Below, piece by piece: positions 14,433 through 27,340 of a stretch of DNA of 64,000 nt. The stretch lies in contig CM022679.1 in assembly GCA_012295275.1 (NCBI GenBank), positions 13,454,001 through 13,518,000 on the forward strand, given 5' to 3'. The stretch comes from Chrysomallon squamiferum (lineage: Eukaryota > Animalia > Mollusca). The notes below the pieces were generated by a model, which ran no database searches, was not told the origin of the DNA, and saw nothing but the letters and a program-made list of their open reading frames with translations. Within the stretch, counting starts at the first letter, position 1. Each line of letters starts with the position of its first letter. The translations under genes and the position numbers were made by a program.

Positions 14433-15060
14433 CAGTGGGACTGAAACTATATAAGGGCCCTCTTAACAGCATTATAGAGGCCCTTAGGAGGGGCATAGCC
14501 TGGTTCTAAAGTTAGCGGGAGCTAGAACATAAAAAAAGGCGTTGTCACACATACCAAACAATTTTTAACTTATTGATTATACGTTTTAATTTCGTGAGCA
14601 ATATACAGTTCTAAAGAAAATAATTTATTGATATTTTTTATTTAAAATAAAAAACACTCACACACACACGAAAAAAAAGTTTCACAGTACGCACATACAT
14701 TTCAAAACGTGTTTTATTTAATTATTTTAATTTTAAACCTAAAAAGAAAACAAAAAAAAAAGCATTGCGAAACATTTATCATGAAGGAATTACAAACGTC
14801 TGTTTAGATTAGTCTTCGCTCTAGCAAAGTTTGCCATAACTTTATCATAATCTGCGTCAGGAGCCAGCTGGTTTCAGTGGAGAGCATAGATAACTCAGAC
14901 AATCTATCCTCGCCCATTGTAGAACGAAGATAAGACTTCATCTGTTCCAGCCGACTAAAGGATCCTTCAGCAGCTGCGCTAGTTATTGGTGATGTCCGAA
15001 AATGTGATACCACGTGGACAGGTTAGGATAAAATTAAAGGAACACATGTCATCGGCGATC
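14433..15060 (-). mobile_element. Degenerate hAT DNA transposon 3' fragment (transposase C-terminal dimerisation region)
   Basis: Minus ORF 14804-15013 PITSAAAEGSFSRLEQMKSYLRSTMGEDRLSELSMLSTE matches the hAT P.T.A..ERSFS.L..IK.YLRSTM...RL..L motif; CAGTG-type terminus near 14433. Confidence 0.8.
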
Positions 15061-16915
15061 ACGAATTTAAGTACATGGTTGATGATCACTTGACACTTGA
15101 ACTTGTTGATGAAGCGCCAGTTTTGAAAACAAGTTCTAGGGGCGAGCGGTCACACACATATTGTCCACTTGCTATCATAAAATTAAAAATTAATATTGTT
15201 CACTGTCTTTAGTAAAATTCATACTAAATGTGCATCTTCCAAAAACAAAAAGTATGTACAACGTTTTATATGTGTAAAAATATGATTTAAGATATAAATT
15301 AAATATTATTCAGAATATAATAACATAAATATTATTTAAGATGTAATAACATAAAAATTAAGATATAACTTTAACATTATTTGAAATTATAATAGCATAA
15401 ACATTACGATCTATTAAACATTATTTATAGTTTAGTATGTTATAATATTTATTTATTGACAATATATTTAGATTTGCTTGGTTTCCCTGTACTCTTTGAA
15501 CCCCCGTTTAAATGCCCAGTGTACGAACAATGAACACATTTGTAACCGATATCTAATTAGAAAGTTGCTGGATAAATTTTCATCATGTTTTTTAAAGATT
15601 AATTTAAAAACATACGAGGATTATAAACCGTTTATAATCAGTTCGAATTAGAGTTATAGATAGGGATAGGTTTTCTAAGTTGAAATATTTATATAATAAT
15701 TTATTAATAAATTAATTATAACATATATAATTAATATTAATAAAACTTCATCCTAAGTGCTCCATAATAAATATTGAACACGTTTTATATCTTGATTATT
15801 TAATTGATTGTACTTTCTGAACTTCAGAGACAGAAAAATAAATAAAAAAGAGATGAATTTGACAGAGAGAGTAAGAGAGCAAAAGAAAGACAGAATCGAA
15901 GAAAGAAACAGAATAAAAGTTTAAAAGAGAATCAGAGAGAGCAGAATAAGAAAAGAGAAAATCAGAGATAGAAAAAGTAAGAGACAGAGAGAGAGAATTA
16001 ATGAGAAAGAAAATCAGAGACAGAAAAGATAAGAGAGAGAAAAAAAGAGAAACAGGGAGACCTAAATGTCCTGGAGTAGGTTTAAGAAATTTGAAAATAG
16101 GCTGGACTGTAATAAGTATATACTGTAATAACAGCTGTTTCTCGACACACCAATGGAGTAACAATGGGCATTGATCCCAGCACTACTTGTTATTCTTAAT
16201 TTGTATCACTCGATGAACGCTATTTAACCGTTGCGCGACGGTGAACCATCACAGAATTCTTTTCACTCGTCGCTGCTTTAAATCGGATACGGAAAGGTAA
16301 GTGCCACTTTTGATTTCCGCTAAACTCAAGAATACGATTGCGTTCACTTAATGTTTTGATTTACTGTTAAGACAGTACGTCACATGAAACAGTAATAGAG
16401 TTGCTGATGTGTCCTTTTCCAACGACCTAATTTTCTTTGAAAAGTTAAAGATAAAAGTAACATTAGTGTGTTCCCCTTCAAGTTCCTTACTTCATTTTCA
16501 CATTACTAAACAAACGATTCGTATTTATTGAGACAGTGTGATAAAACCGTTTTGAAAATGGCAATGAAATCCAAACGATTTAACTGTATTTTATTTCGTG
16601 CGCTTTTCAATTCCTAATATAAAGTAAATCGAAAAAATGTTCATAAGCTGGGAAATCAGATATTACTGTACAAGCTGTATACAAGTTACATAAATAAGTA
16701 GATGAATTACCTATTCTCTGTCGGTATGTTTACTTAATGTCACGTTAATCTATAGTTATATTAAACAAAAGTATATGCTATGTGATAAAATATCACCCCC
16801 ATTAATCGACTGGAATACTGCATAATATATGTGTCTATGTATGTATGTGTGTATGTATGTATGTATGTATGCATTTATATAAGTAGATATGTAGATAGGT
16901 AGGTAGGTAAATACG

Positions 16916-16957
<42 letters not shown>

Positions 16958-19104
16958 TATATATGTATATGCGTGTATTTGTCTACTTACATAAATGGGA
17001 ATGACCAAAGCACTACTGTACATAAAAATAGCATTCAGTTATTGATCTCTAAATGCGTGAATTTCGTGAAGTAAATTTTAATTTAATATTCAGTTTTCTT
17101 TAATTGTACTATTGGTTTGACGCAAGGCGGCGCAACACCTCCCTTTTTATTTTCTATATACACAAATAAGTTAGCCGAAAGTGAATTAAGCTAATATGTG
17201 AGTATTTATTTTAAAAATATTTCTTGTAATGCTTACTGATAAAAGAAACAACAAACGGGTTTCATAAAACACATAATATAACTAATTATATTTGTAATAC
17301 ATTATCATACTCTCAGATGAGTCTGAAATTGTCTGTATAATGAAAATAATATTATACCTGTCAAAGATAAATAGAATATATAACAATGGCTTTATAGCAA
17401 TGGGTATAATGACGATTTGAAAGAAGTTAGTGGTTTCAACATTAATGTATTAATAATATATTGTAATGATAAATTTTCAAAAACATACAGGGTTATCGCA
17501 TCTCTCAAGACGGAACGGAATTTTAGGATAATATAATAGATTGTCTTTTTGCAAAGTAATTTATTTTCTATATTTGATCATCTCTTTTCTTATGATTGTG
17601 AATTACGTGTGCCCTACTTTGCTGTTAAAAAGCTGTATATAGATTTCTGTAAAAAAAAAAAAAAAAAAAAAAAATAGAATACGCAACAAATATTCGATGT
17701 GAGTAAACATGGCAGAGTGTTTTTATTTATCCATCTCTCCATTAAATTATTTACATACAGACAGAGAGAGAAAGACTGACAGACGAATAGTTAAATATTG
17801 GTTGAAACTTTTCTAAACTAACAGTTGTATTTTTAATCACTAAATTCTGGAGTATCAGAATAACTGTTCTGTTTTGTAACACTGAAAATTTGCTTTCGTC
17901 ACTAAACGTTTGATTTAATCAACGCATCAGTAATAGAAAACTAATTTTTGAAAATATAAAAATACGTTTATCACCTTTAGCAAAACATATTATAGCTTGA
18001 AAGTTATTCATTTATTATTTTAAAAAATTGGGTTTATTCTGATCAAGTTATACATATTTTAATGATGAAAAACCAGAGTGGGTACATACGACAGGTAATC
18101 AAAATCGCAGTATAGAACAATATCAAAATTTCCATACTGACGAAAACCTTTTTGTGTTTAAGCTTTTATTGTCTGTTAATAGTTGAAATGAATTATTTAA
18201 TTAAAGTCTTATTTTAGTTATACAAATTTTGCTTATTCCATAGTTATCATTTATTTGTTTTTAATGTGCCTCTACAAAAATATTTGAGCGACGCTTTTTT
18301 TTCTTGCTGCCATTACATCATAGTTGAGCTCGTGAATTAGATTAACTGCGTACATTCTCCATTATAAATAGCACCTGTTAATGTTAAATTGTTTTAACTG
18401 CTGCACATTTATGTCAAGAATCGGAATGCACGACGAAAATAAACTATAAAGAATCGACTGGCCTATTTTTTTTATTTTTTTTTTTTTTAGGTTTAAAAAA
18501 AAAAATTAAAAAAATTAAATATAGATTAATTGTTTGGTACAAATGTCAACGACATAAAATGGGATTACAAGTACATATAAACTATTTAATGATTCATGAA
18601 CTGGATAAAACAGAACACTGTTTTTGCTTTGGCTTTAATGCCATGGTGTTTTGAAATGAATAAATAAATTATAAATCGATGACGTTAACGTAAAATATTG
18701 ACAATTGTTAAACCATCAATCTTTATTTATTATCTTGGTTTATACACTTTATGTACCATAATGTATAGGCAATGATTTTCATCTGGAAAACATATTCAAC
18801 CATTTTCATAATATAGGAATTATATCTAGGGCTTAATATCTTGTCAGATTTATAGAAATTGTTTGTTATGATGCTTTACGCGTTCCGTCTGCCATCTTTA
18901 GAGAACATATTTTTTATAGTTAATTATGCGTAGGGTCTACTTCCTTTAGCATCTAGTATTATGATGCATTATGGGTAATGTCCCCATTTCGGCAGATTCG
19001 CCTGTCGGGTCTGTATTTGTTCCTGTCATATTTAAAGTTAGTAATGTGATTTTCTGCTGTTTGGTTACTTTTGTATACTTACTATTGTTGTTGTTGTTGT
19101 TTTG

Positions 19105-19161
<57 letters not shown>

Positions 19162-19555
19162 CTTTTGTTATTTATATATGTTTTTAATGACAGTACCTGC
19201 CACGATGTATGAAAAATTCTCTACTATTGCTTGCCTTTATATTATTTGTAATCAGTGTCTGTCGGTGTGACATAAATCAACAAAACTGACATTACAACAT
19301 CAACAACAACAACAACAACAACAAAAAATAATAATAATAAACAACAACAACAAAAAGAAAGAAAAAAATGAAAGAAAGAAAGAAAAGCAATGAAACTCTA
19401 TAGTTTTATCATGGTTTATAAATAATATCCACCATCTTAATATGTTGATAAATAATTTCGACCATTTTTAAAAATAATGTCTGCCACATACCAGCATTGT
19501 AATAAAGTACATTACCTTAACGTATTTGTATATAGTAATCATTTGAAAAAAACAA

Positions 19556-19592
<37 letters not shown>

Positions 19593-20261
19593 AAGAAACA
19601 AAAACAACATCAACATATTGTAATTTTGTATACAAGCTTTGAGTCATCGAAATAAAATTTATAAAAACTGTCAGCCGTATTGATAAAGTGTATAAACAAG
19701 CAGTGTCTGACATTAGTAAATTTAGTTACTTAAGTTTCAAGAATCAACATATGTTTTACAAGGTACTTACAATATCATATGCTCTATCTTTATTATTTTG
19801 CTATTTTTAAAAATCAATTTCTGACAGTTTTGTATACTTTATAAAGGAGTTGATTTACAAACAGTGTTGTTTGCTTTGTAAATAAGTCTCGGACTGGTGC
19901 ACAAACAGTTGTATTTTATCATGGTATAGACCACAAAACAAGCTGCGCTTTTTGCCCTTGTTAAAAGAAAACACTACCATTGTCTCATGTTTTACGATGA
20001 TCTTCTTGACATGCTTTATACATAGCTAGAATAGTTTATAATTCAGTGGCTAGATCGCGGAGCTGTGTTGTGGTAGGACGCAAGATCAGTCCCCCATTCC
20101 GCAGTTATTGTGACGTTTCACGGTACAGCCCGAGCCTCTGTCTTGTTTAAATACGCAAACGTAAATCTTTATATCGGTTTTCTAGACTATGTTTTTTTTT
20201 TGTTTGTGCAAGAAAAAAAAAAAAAACATTCAAAAATCAAAATTTGGGTGTATTTAAAAAG

Positions 20262-20549
20262 AATTATTTTCAACCATTGTGCCGCGAGATATCGACAGAT
20301 GTGCCGAGAGAAATTATCCAAATCCACTTAATTAATCCAGTTTTTAAAATGTTTTAATTATTATTTTGTTACTTCAAATAATTTGCCATGTATTGTGCGT
20401 CTGTGCCTGTATTGTAGTGACTGGCGAAGTAATTAAATATTTTTCCATGACTAAATAGTCTTTGTAAATGTGTAATTTGGTAACACTTTCGGTTGCTTTA
20501 TTTAATGTAAAAAAATGTGCCTTGGCTCAAAAAAGGTTGAAAAACACTG
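20262..20549. mobile_element. hAT-type non-autonomous element (MITE)
   Basis: Right end ggctcaaaaaaggttgaaaaacactg, decayed left end ttttcaacc, subterminal gtgcc motifs. Confidence 0.65.
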
Positions 20550-21024
20550 CTCTATTTGACATTAAGTTTTAATGATACATTTCTAGAGTGTAATGACATC
20601 CGAAAATGGAACATATATTAGCAAATTTTGGGATAAGGTAATAGGCTGTTGTTATGTAAATTAAAGTAGTTAACACTCGAATCTTTAATTTAAAAATTTG
20701 GATGGATTGCTATATAAATCTAATGTTGTGAATAGTAGATAACCTACAAACTGTAACGTTTGCAAATGTAAGCACAGCCAGCATTTTAGCTGATCGATCT
20801 CCTTGCAGACTTGTTGTTCATCGGCAATGAGTTAAAATGATACTTATTACACTGTGTAAAGACCTTTTTAACGATTATATATTTTTTTTCTAAAATGTTT
20901 ACTATCACAGAGTAACTACTGAGTATAATGCAAAATTTAAAAGCTCACATAATTCAAACTAATGAACAAAACACTTTTTCTGTTCAGAAGATAGTAAATT
21001 GTAAATTATTTTTCAACAGCACTC

Positions 21025-21310
21025 GGATCAAGTTGTTGCTGTTGTTGTGGAATCAAAATGTTGCTGTTGTATGAAGATGTTGCTGTTGTTGTTGTAGAAT
21101 AAAGTTGTTGCTGTTTTTGTAGGATCAAGTTGTTGCTGTTGAAGGATCCATCTGTTGTAGGATTTAATTGTTGCTGTTGTAGGATCAAGTTGTTGCTGCT
21201 GTTGTTGTAGGATCAAGTTGTTGCTGCTGTTGTTGTAGGATCAAGTTGTTGCTGCTGTTGTTATAGGAATACGTTTTTGCTGTTGTAGGCTCAAGTTGTT
21301 GCTGTTATTG
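21025..21310. repeat. Minisatellite, about 24-30 bp unit (tgttgtaggatcaagttgttgc..)
   Basis: About 10 units visible; explains the poly-Q ORFs on the minus strand. Confidence 0.85.
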
Positions 21311-22473
21311 CAGATATTGTTTATCATTTTCATATTTTTATTAACAGTGACATGAACATAATAAAAACGAAAGAAATGTTATGTAACTAAATCGAATCTT
21401 TTATGTAATTTGAATGGCTTCCATATTGGCCATTCCGCAACATATGTATTGGCTAAATTCAAACAAATCGTAAAATTAATTCATTTTAATCTCACAACAG
21501 CTCGCGCTCCTTTCACAATGTCACAAACTAATGTTCGAAGACATCTTTTAAAAGTCTAAACAGATTCCCGTTAATCTACCGACAGATGGCGTCGTTAACA
21601 AAGGTGTATTTTAATAAGGTTCTAAAGTGATAGACTAGTTTCTGTACTAACGACACCCACGGCTGTGCTTGTGATTGGTTGTGCAAAAGTCGTCATAACT
21701 AAAGGAATTCATCTTGGCGCAACAAAGTCGATGAATGATGGAATTCCAATACAAACTGATGGTGGCGTGAATCATAATAATAACAAAATTGAACGCATGT
21801 GAACGACCTTTTGTATTTGCCCCATTCAAGCGATGACAGATTTATGATTAGTTACCACTAAAGATACATAAAATAGGTTTAAGAAATTGATGTATTCGGT
21901 GTAAGTAAAATAGAAGGTTTAAACGGATGTAAGACTCTTTGTAATGTAATTGCTCAAAATGAAGTAAAAAAATTGTGACGTTGCATTAACTAGCTGAGTG
22001 TATCTGAACTTAACGAGGCAAGGTTTTATTTATTTATTTTCTTTTCTTTTATTATTATTATTATCAACATTATTATTAACACATTTTTGACATGATCCGT
22101 ATATTCCCTCGTAGATTTAATTTTTAATATAATGAATTAAACTTCAGTAAACCAGCGTATTTATCAAAAAAAAAAAAAAAAAAAAAATTGAATAGAAAAA
22201 TGAAAATCAGAAAACTTATTTTCGTTATCCTTATTACCATCATTATAACAATCTTCTTTCTCTTCTTCTTTCATCGCTGCTACTCCTTCCACAACTAAAT
22301 ATAGTAAGCACTGCTTGAAGGCCCTCGCAAACCTAATATGAAACCATGCGACACGGATTTCGATCGATGGAAATGGGAACCGCTGATAGAAACCGCAGAA
22401 ATCCTAAAATGTAGAATCCCTTCTCAGCAAAATATATATTTTTGAGTGTTTACCAGCTACTTAAGTATTTTAA

Positions 22474-22532
<59 letters not shown>

Positions 22533-23758
22533 CATTATTATCATTATTATTAATAATTTTTGTTGGTGTTTGTTCTTTTATTATTAACACAAACACGCAC
22601 ATACGGACACAGTTTCTATTGGTGCAAGAAACTGATACACGAACAGATGTATAGATTAAAAAAAAACCCACCAAAAAACATAATATTAAAGTTGATATAA
22701 AAGTTTATTTTGACCATAAACCTTTATTATTATTATTATTATTATTTTAAATAAATAAATAATTAAAAATTATTTAGGACGAGGGGTTGGGAGACATTGG
22801 TTTCATTAACCGGAATTGCCCAAATCAATTATTTAAAAAACAGAATTAATAAATTAAATTACGTCCATGAAATGTAGCACTGTTTTTTTTTTTGTAATTT
22901 AACATGAGCGAAATGCTGTGGGTAGTTGCAAGTATGTTGCACACATCTTTAAAATGATGGAATATTTCTCTCGTTAAAAACAAGCTAAATGCAATCCAAA
23001 ATTTATATATACAACAAATTTATATAAACTTATGACGTAATACAATATAATCACTGTGTGACATAATTTATTTGGAATAAATAGCTTGACAACTGTAACA
23101 ACGCCGAGATGAAAACATGTATTTCACCACACTGAAGTTGAAATTCTGAAAAAATATTTCTGTAATATTGAAAATTAACAAATGGCTATTAAGGAGACAA
23201 TACTGTTCAAGGAAACAACAAGTTGGTGGCTGAATAGAACTTTGTAAAGTTGTACAAACTGAGTGACTTGTGTAAATCGTTACGGAAACTGAAACAATCA
23301 ACATCAATCAAAAGAACATTGACTTTCAAAAAATGTGTACACCCAGAAATAAGACAGTGGAAAAACTACACTCGGGGGAAAAAAACCTACTCACTTGTCT
23401 GCTAGCGTGTCCGGAAAGTGGAAACACGGAAGGAAGATGGAAAGATAGCTGATGTGCTGAGGCTTCTGTTTGCCATAGCAACCACAATTGGATCCATGGC
23501 AGGCAGCGTGCCGTCCGACGTAAAGGGCATACCGTCTTGAACTCGTGTGTGCGTGTGTGTGCGTGTGTGTGTGTCTGTAATCACACATAGATGCACACTC
23601 ATACTCACACACACACTTACATGCACACTCGTACTCACACATACACATACAATTACGCACATACATACATAATATACATTGCATAAACATACGTACATAT
23701 ATATCCGCATATACATATGCATGTATACATATGTATGTATGTGTGTGTATGTATATGT

Positions 23759-23798
<40 letters not shown>

Positions 23799-24660
23799 TC
23801 TCAGTCAAAACATACGAAAGCGAATATAAACACCACAATATTCATAGAAGCGCGCGCACACGCACGCGAAAAACAGAGAAACAGGCGACACACACAGACA
23901 TACACAGAGGCCCCCCCAAAAAGAGAAGAAGACAAACAAGCGAGTGCACACACAGACAAAGATGCGCGCGTGAGCCCGCACGCTCGCACACACATGTGAA
24001 AACAGATAAACAAGCGCGTACACAGATACACATATAGACACAGGCAAAAAACCCAGAGTCATACACAGTCAAAAAAAACCAACCAAGGCACTTGCGCGCA
24101 CACACATGCACAAAACCAACTAAAAAGCATACTCGCATACAGCCAAACACATGGTAACGTACATGTGTTAAAAAGACTAGTGCGCGCGCGCACAAACACA
24201 CGGAGCAAAGAAAAAGACAAAGCGCGCAATAACATACAGACACAGACACAGACAAAACACAAAAAAGAACACACACAGCAAAACACAGAAGAAAATCGCG
24301 CGCAGTCACACTCATACAAAGACAAAAAACAAATAACCGCCCGCAAACACGCACAAAAAAAACACCAACACGAAATATCACACACACACACACCTGCGCA
24401 TATACAGAATACAAAAAGAAAAGACAAACGAGCGTGCACACAAACATACACAGAAAAACAGACAACCAGTTGTGCACACAAACATACACAGAAAACGAAC
24501 AAAAACAACATAAACAAAACCACGCGCAAACAACCGCGCGCGCAAACAGACAATCAGACACAAATTTCAAAATAAATATTTTCAACCAAACGTAATGCAA
24601 CCATGCAATCTATGAAATGAAAAAAAATAAAATATGTGCGCGTCTATATGTGCGTGTGTG

Positions 24661-24694
<34 letters not shown>

Positions 24695-25499
24695 CGTGTG
24701 TGTGTGTGTGTGTGTTCATATATAAAAATCCTGGTGTAAATAAGTTAAACTAAAATAAATAAATAAAAAAATTAATACAAATAAATTGTAAACTGAAACT
24801 TGACAGAGACAGAGTCTGTCAATACATTAAATAAATAAATTCAAATTGTGTATCCAAGTGAAAATAAATGTTCACACATTAACCGCACTGATCGATCTTC
24901 AGAAGTAATCACTGCTATAACTGACAAAACACATACAGAAACAAGTATGTATTTACTGTGCATGTGTGTGTGTTTTTTGAATGTATGTATGTGTGCGTAT
25001 ATATGTATGTATGTGTTTGTATGTGTATGTATGTTATAAGTATGTATGTATGTATGTATGAAATGTGTGTGTGCGGGTTAATGTCTATGTACGTATGTAT
25101 GTATGTATGTATAAGTGTGTATGGATGTGTGTGTATCTATGTATGTATGGACGGATGTATGTGGATTGTGTTTGTGTCTGTTATGTATCAATGTGTTATA
25201 TATGAACATAAACATAAATGTGTGTGTATTGTCTCTATATGCGTGCATATGTGCGTCTCTATAAATAAATACATAATAAAAATGTATTCAATTGTATGGA
25301 CAAAACAGTATGTTTGTGTATGTGTATAGAAATGTGTGTGTGTGTGTGTGTGCACGCGTGGAAGTTAACCTATATATCCTGTATGCATTTAAATTAATTT
25401 AAATAATATGGACATTATTGTATAGATATAAAGTATTGATTCAAATATCGACATTATAGTGTAGCTATACAAATATAACAATTAACCTATATAGGCAGT

Positions 25500-26175
25500 G
25501 TATAGAAAATGTTAAATCAAGCTGTGTGAAGTAAATTAACCAAAGAAAAGCTAAAACACGCGTTGTGAAATAACGTAACCAAAGAAAAAGTTGAATCACA
25601 CTGAATGAAGTTTAGTAACCATAGAAATGTTTTGAACACATATTGTGAAATAAAGTAACCAAAGAAAATGTTAAATCAAAGTGAATGAAGTTTAGTAACC
25701 ACAAAAATGTTAAATAACGTGAATGAAATTTTGTATCCACAGAAATGTTAAAACACATATTGTGAAATAAAGTAACCATAGAAAGTATTAAATCAAAATG
25801 AATTGAGTAGATGACTATAGAAATGTTAAAACACATACCGTGAAATAAAGTAACCATAGAAAATGTTAAATCAAAGTGAATGAAGTTTAGTAACCACAGA
25901 AATGTCAAATAACGTGTTGTGAAATTAAATATCCATTGAAAGTGTTAAATCACGTACTGTGAAATTAAGTAACCATGGAAAGTATTAAATCAAAATGAAT
26001 GAAGTAGATGACTACAGAAATGTCAAAACACGTATTGTGAAATAAAGTAACCACAGAAATGTCAAATCCTGTATTGTGAAATGAAGTAATCATTAAAATG
26101 TAAATTCAAATTGAATGAAGCAGAGAAAACCATAGAAATGTTAAAACACATATTGTGAAACAAAATAATCATTGA
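25500..26175. repeat. Degenerate minisatellite, about 35-37 bp units (gtgaaataaagtaaccatagaaatgttaaa..)
   Basis: Repeated units seen directly. Confidence 0.85.
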
Positions 26176-26220
26176 CGATATTAAATATTTGAAATATGGG
26201 AAATGTTAACTGACAAACTG

Positions 26221-26254
<34 letters not shown>

Positions 26255-27036
26255 AAAAAGAAAAAAAAAGGATCAAAAACAAAACAACAACAACAATATT
26301 AATTAAAAGTTAACTTGGATCAGTTACTGATTTATTGATTTGAACGTTATCCACTAAATACTTGATACATTTTATTTTACACCGTTCATAATAAATATAT
26401 ATTAGTAAGTTATATCGTCTTGATGTTTTGTATTATTGAAATACTATGCAAATCAATATTTAAGCTGAAATTAATGCCTTGTAGTATCTAAATAACCTTT
26501 ATACATTTTTTCACCTTTTCAGATTAATAAACATATATACATATATATATTATAAGTAGACGAAAAAATCTAATTATATATATATATTATTTAATTAAAA
26601 ATAAATAAGCAAGTAAGTAAAAATCTGAATAAAAAACAATTAGAATTTTTTTTAATTTAAAAAAAAAAAAAAAAAATTCTAACGTTACCGTTCAAGGGGA
26701 TGAATTAATATTGATTTTACTGTTTAACCGCGTCCTCTTTACGTATCCCGTAAAACCTGCATTAAAACCATTCTTCAAACAATCAAAATGATTAATATCC
26801 GGTAGTCATTCTTTAAATATGAACCAAGTGTCGTTACAAGGGCATGCGTTCATTTGTCCATCCCGAAAAGAAATGAACCTAACTGTGAACTGGGCATCAT
26901 TCACCAAGGGAATGTGAAATCCTAATTTTAAGGATTTTTGTTTTTAGTAGAGGACAAGAGCCCGATTTGCTCGTTCCAACACAGACGGTAGCTATTCATT
27001 CGTTACGCTTTACTAAACAGAATTCTTAATGGAAGC

Positions 27037-27197
27037 TGTTATATTGCAGATATAACGTTGTGATTATTTGTTATATTGCAGATATGACGCTGTGTGAATT
27101 ATTTGTTATATTGCAGATATGACGTTGTGATTATTTGTTATATTGCAGATATGACGCTTGTGATTATTTGTTATATTGCAGATATGACGTTGTGATT
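27037..27197. repeat. 5 copies of a ~32 bp unit (tgttatattgcagatatgacgttgtgattatt) directly upstream of the start codon at 27232
   Basis: Seen directly. Confidence 0.92.
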
Positions 27198-27231
27198 GGC
27201 ACAAGATTACCGGGACTTGATTGGCTGAGCC

Positions 27232-27340
27232 ATGTTTAGAGTGGAACTTGTACGATGGTTTATTCTATCGGCATGGTGTCTTTCCAGCGTGCAAGCCGCG
27301 GCGATAGTTACAAAATCAGCATGGACATGGAATTCAACAG
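27232..27340 (+). CDS. Modular gene exon 1: signal peptide MFRVELVRWFILSAWCLSSVQA-AAIVTKSAWTWNST
   Basis: gccATG, hydrophobic core, VQA cleavage-like site; ends at a GC donor (ACAG|gcacgt). Confidence 0.7.

Noticed and set aside
15796-16164. 122-aa hydrophobic ORF
   Set aside because: Reverse complement of a purine-rich GA tract; S/L/F bias is compositional
21006-21216. Poly-Q ORFs on the minus strand
   Set aside because: Translation of a TTG-rich minisatellite; no splice or homology support
21640-21840. GC-richer patch with a 60-aa ORF
   Set aside because: No recognisable motif, splice context or RNA family in any frame
23391-25329. Many overlapping ORFs up to 252 aa
   Set aside because: Produced by (CA)n/(TG)n and T-poor low-complexity sequence; VC/HT-rich translations with no domain signal
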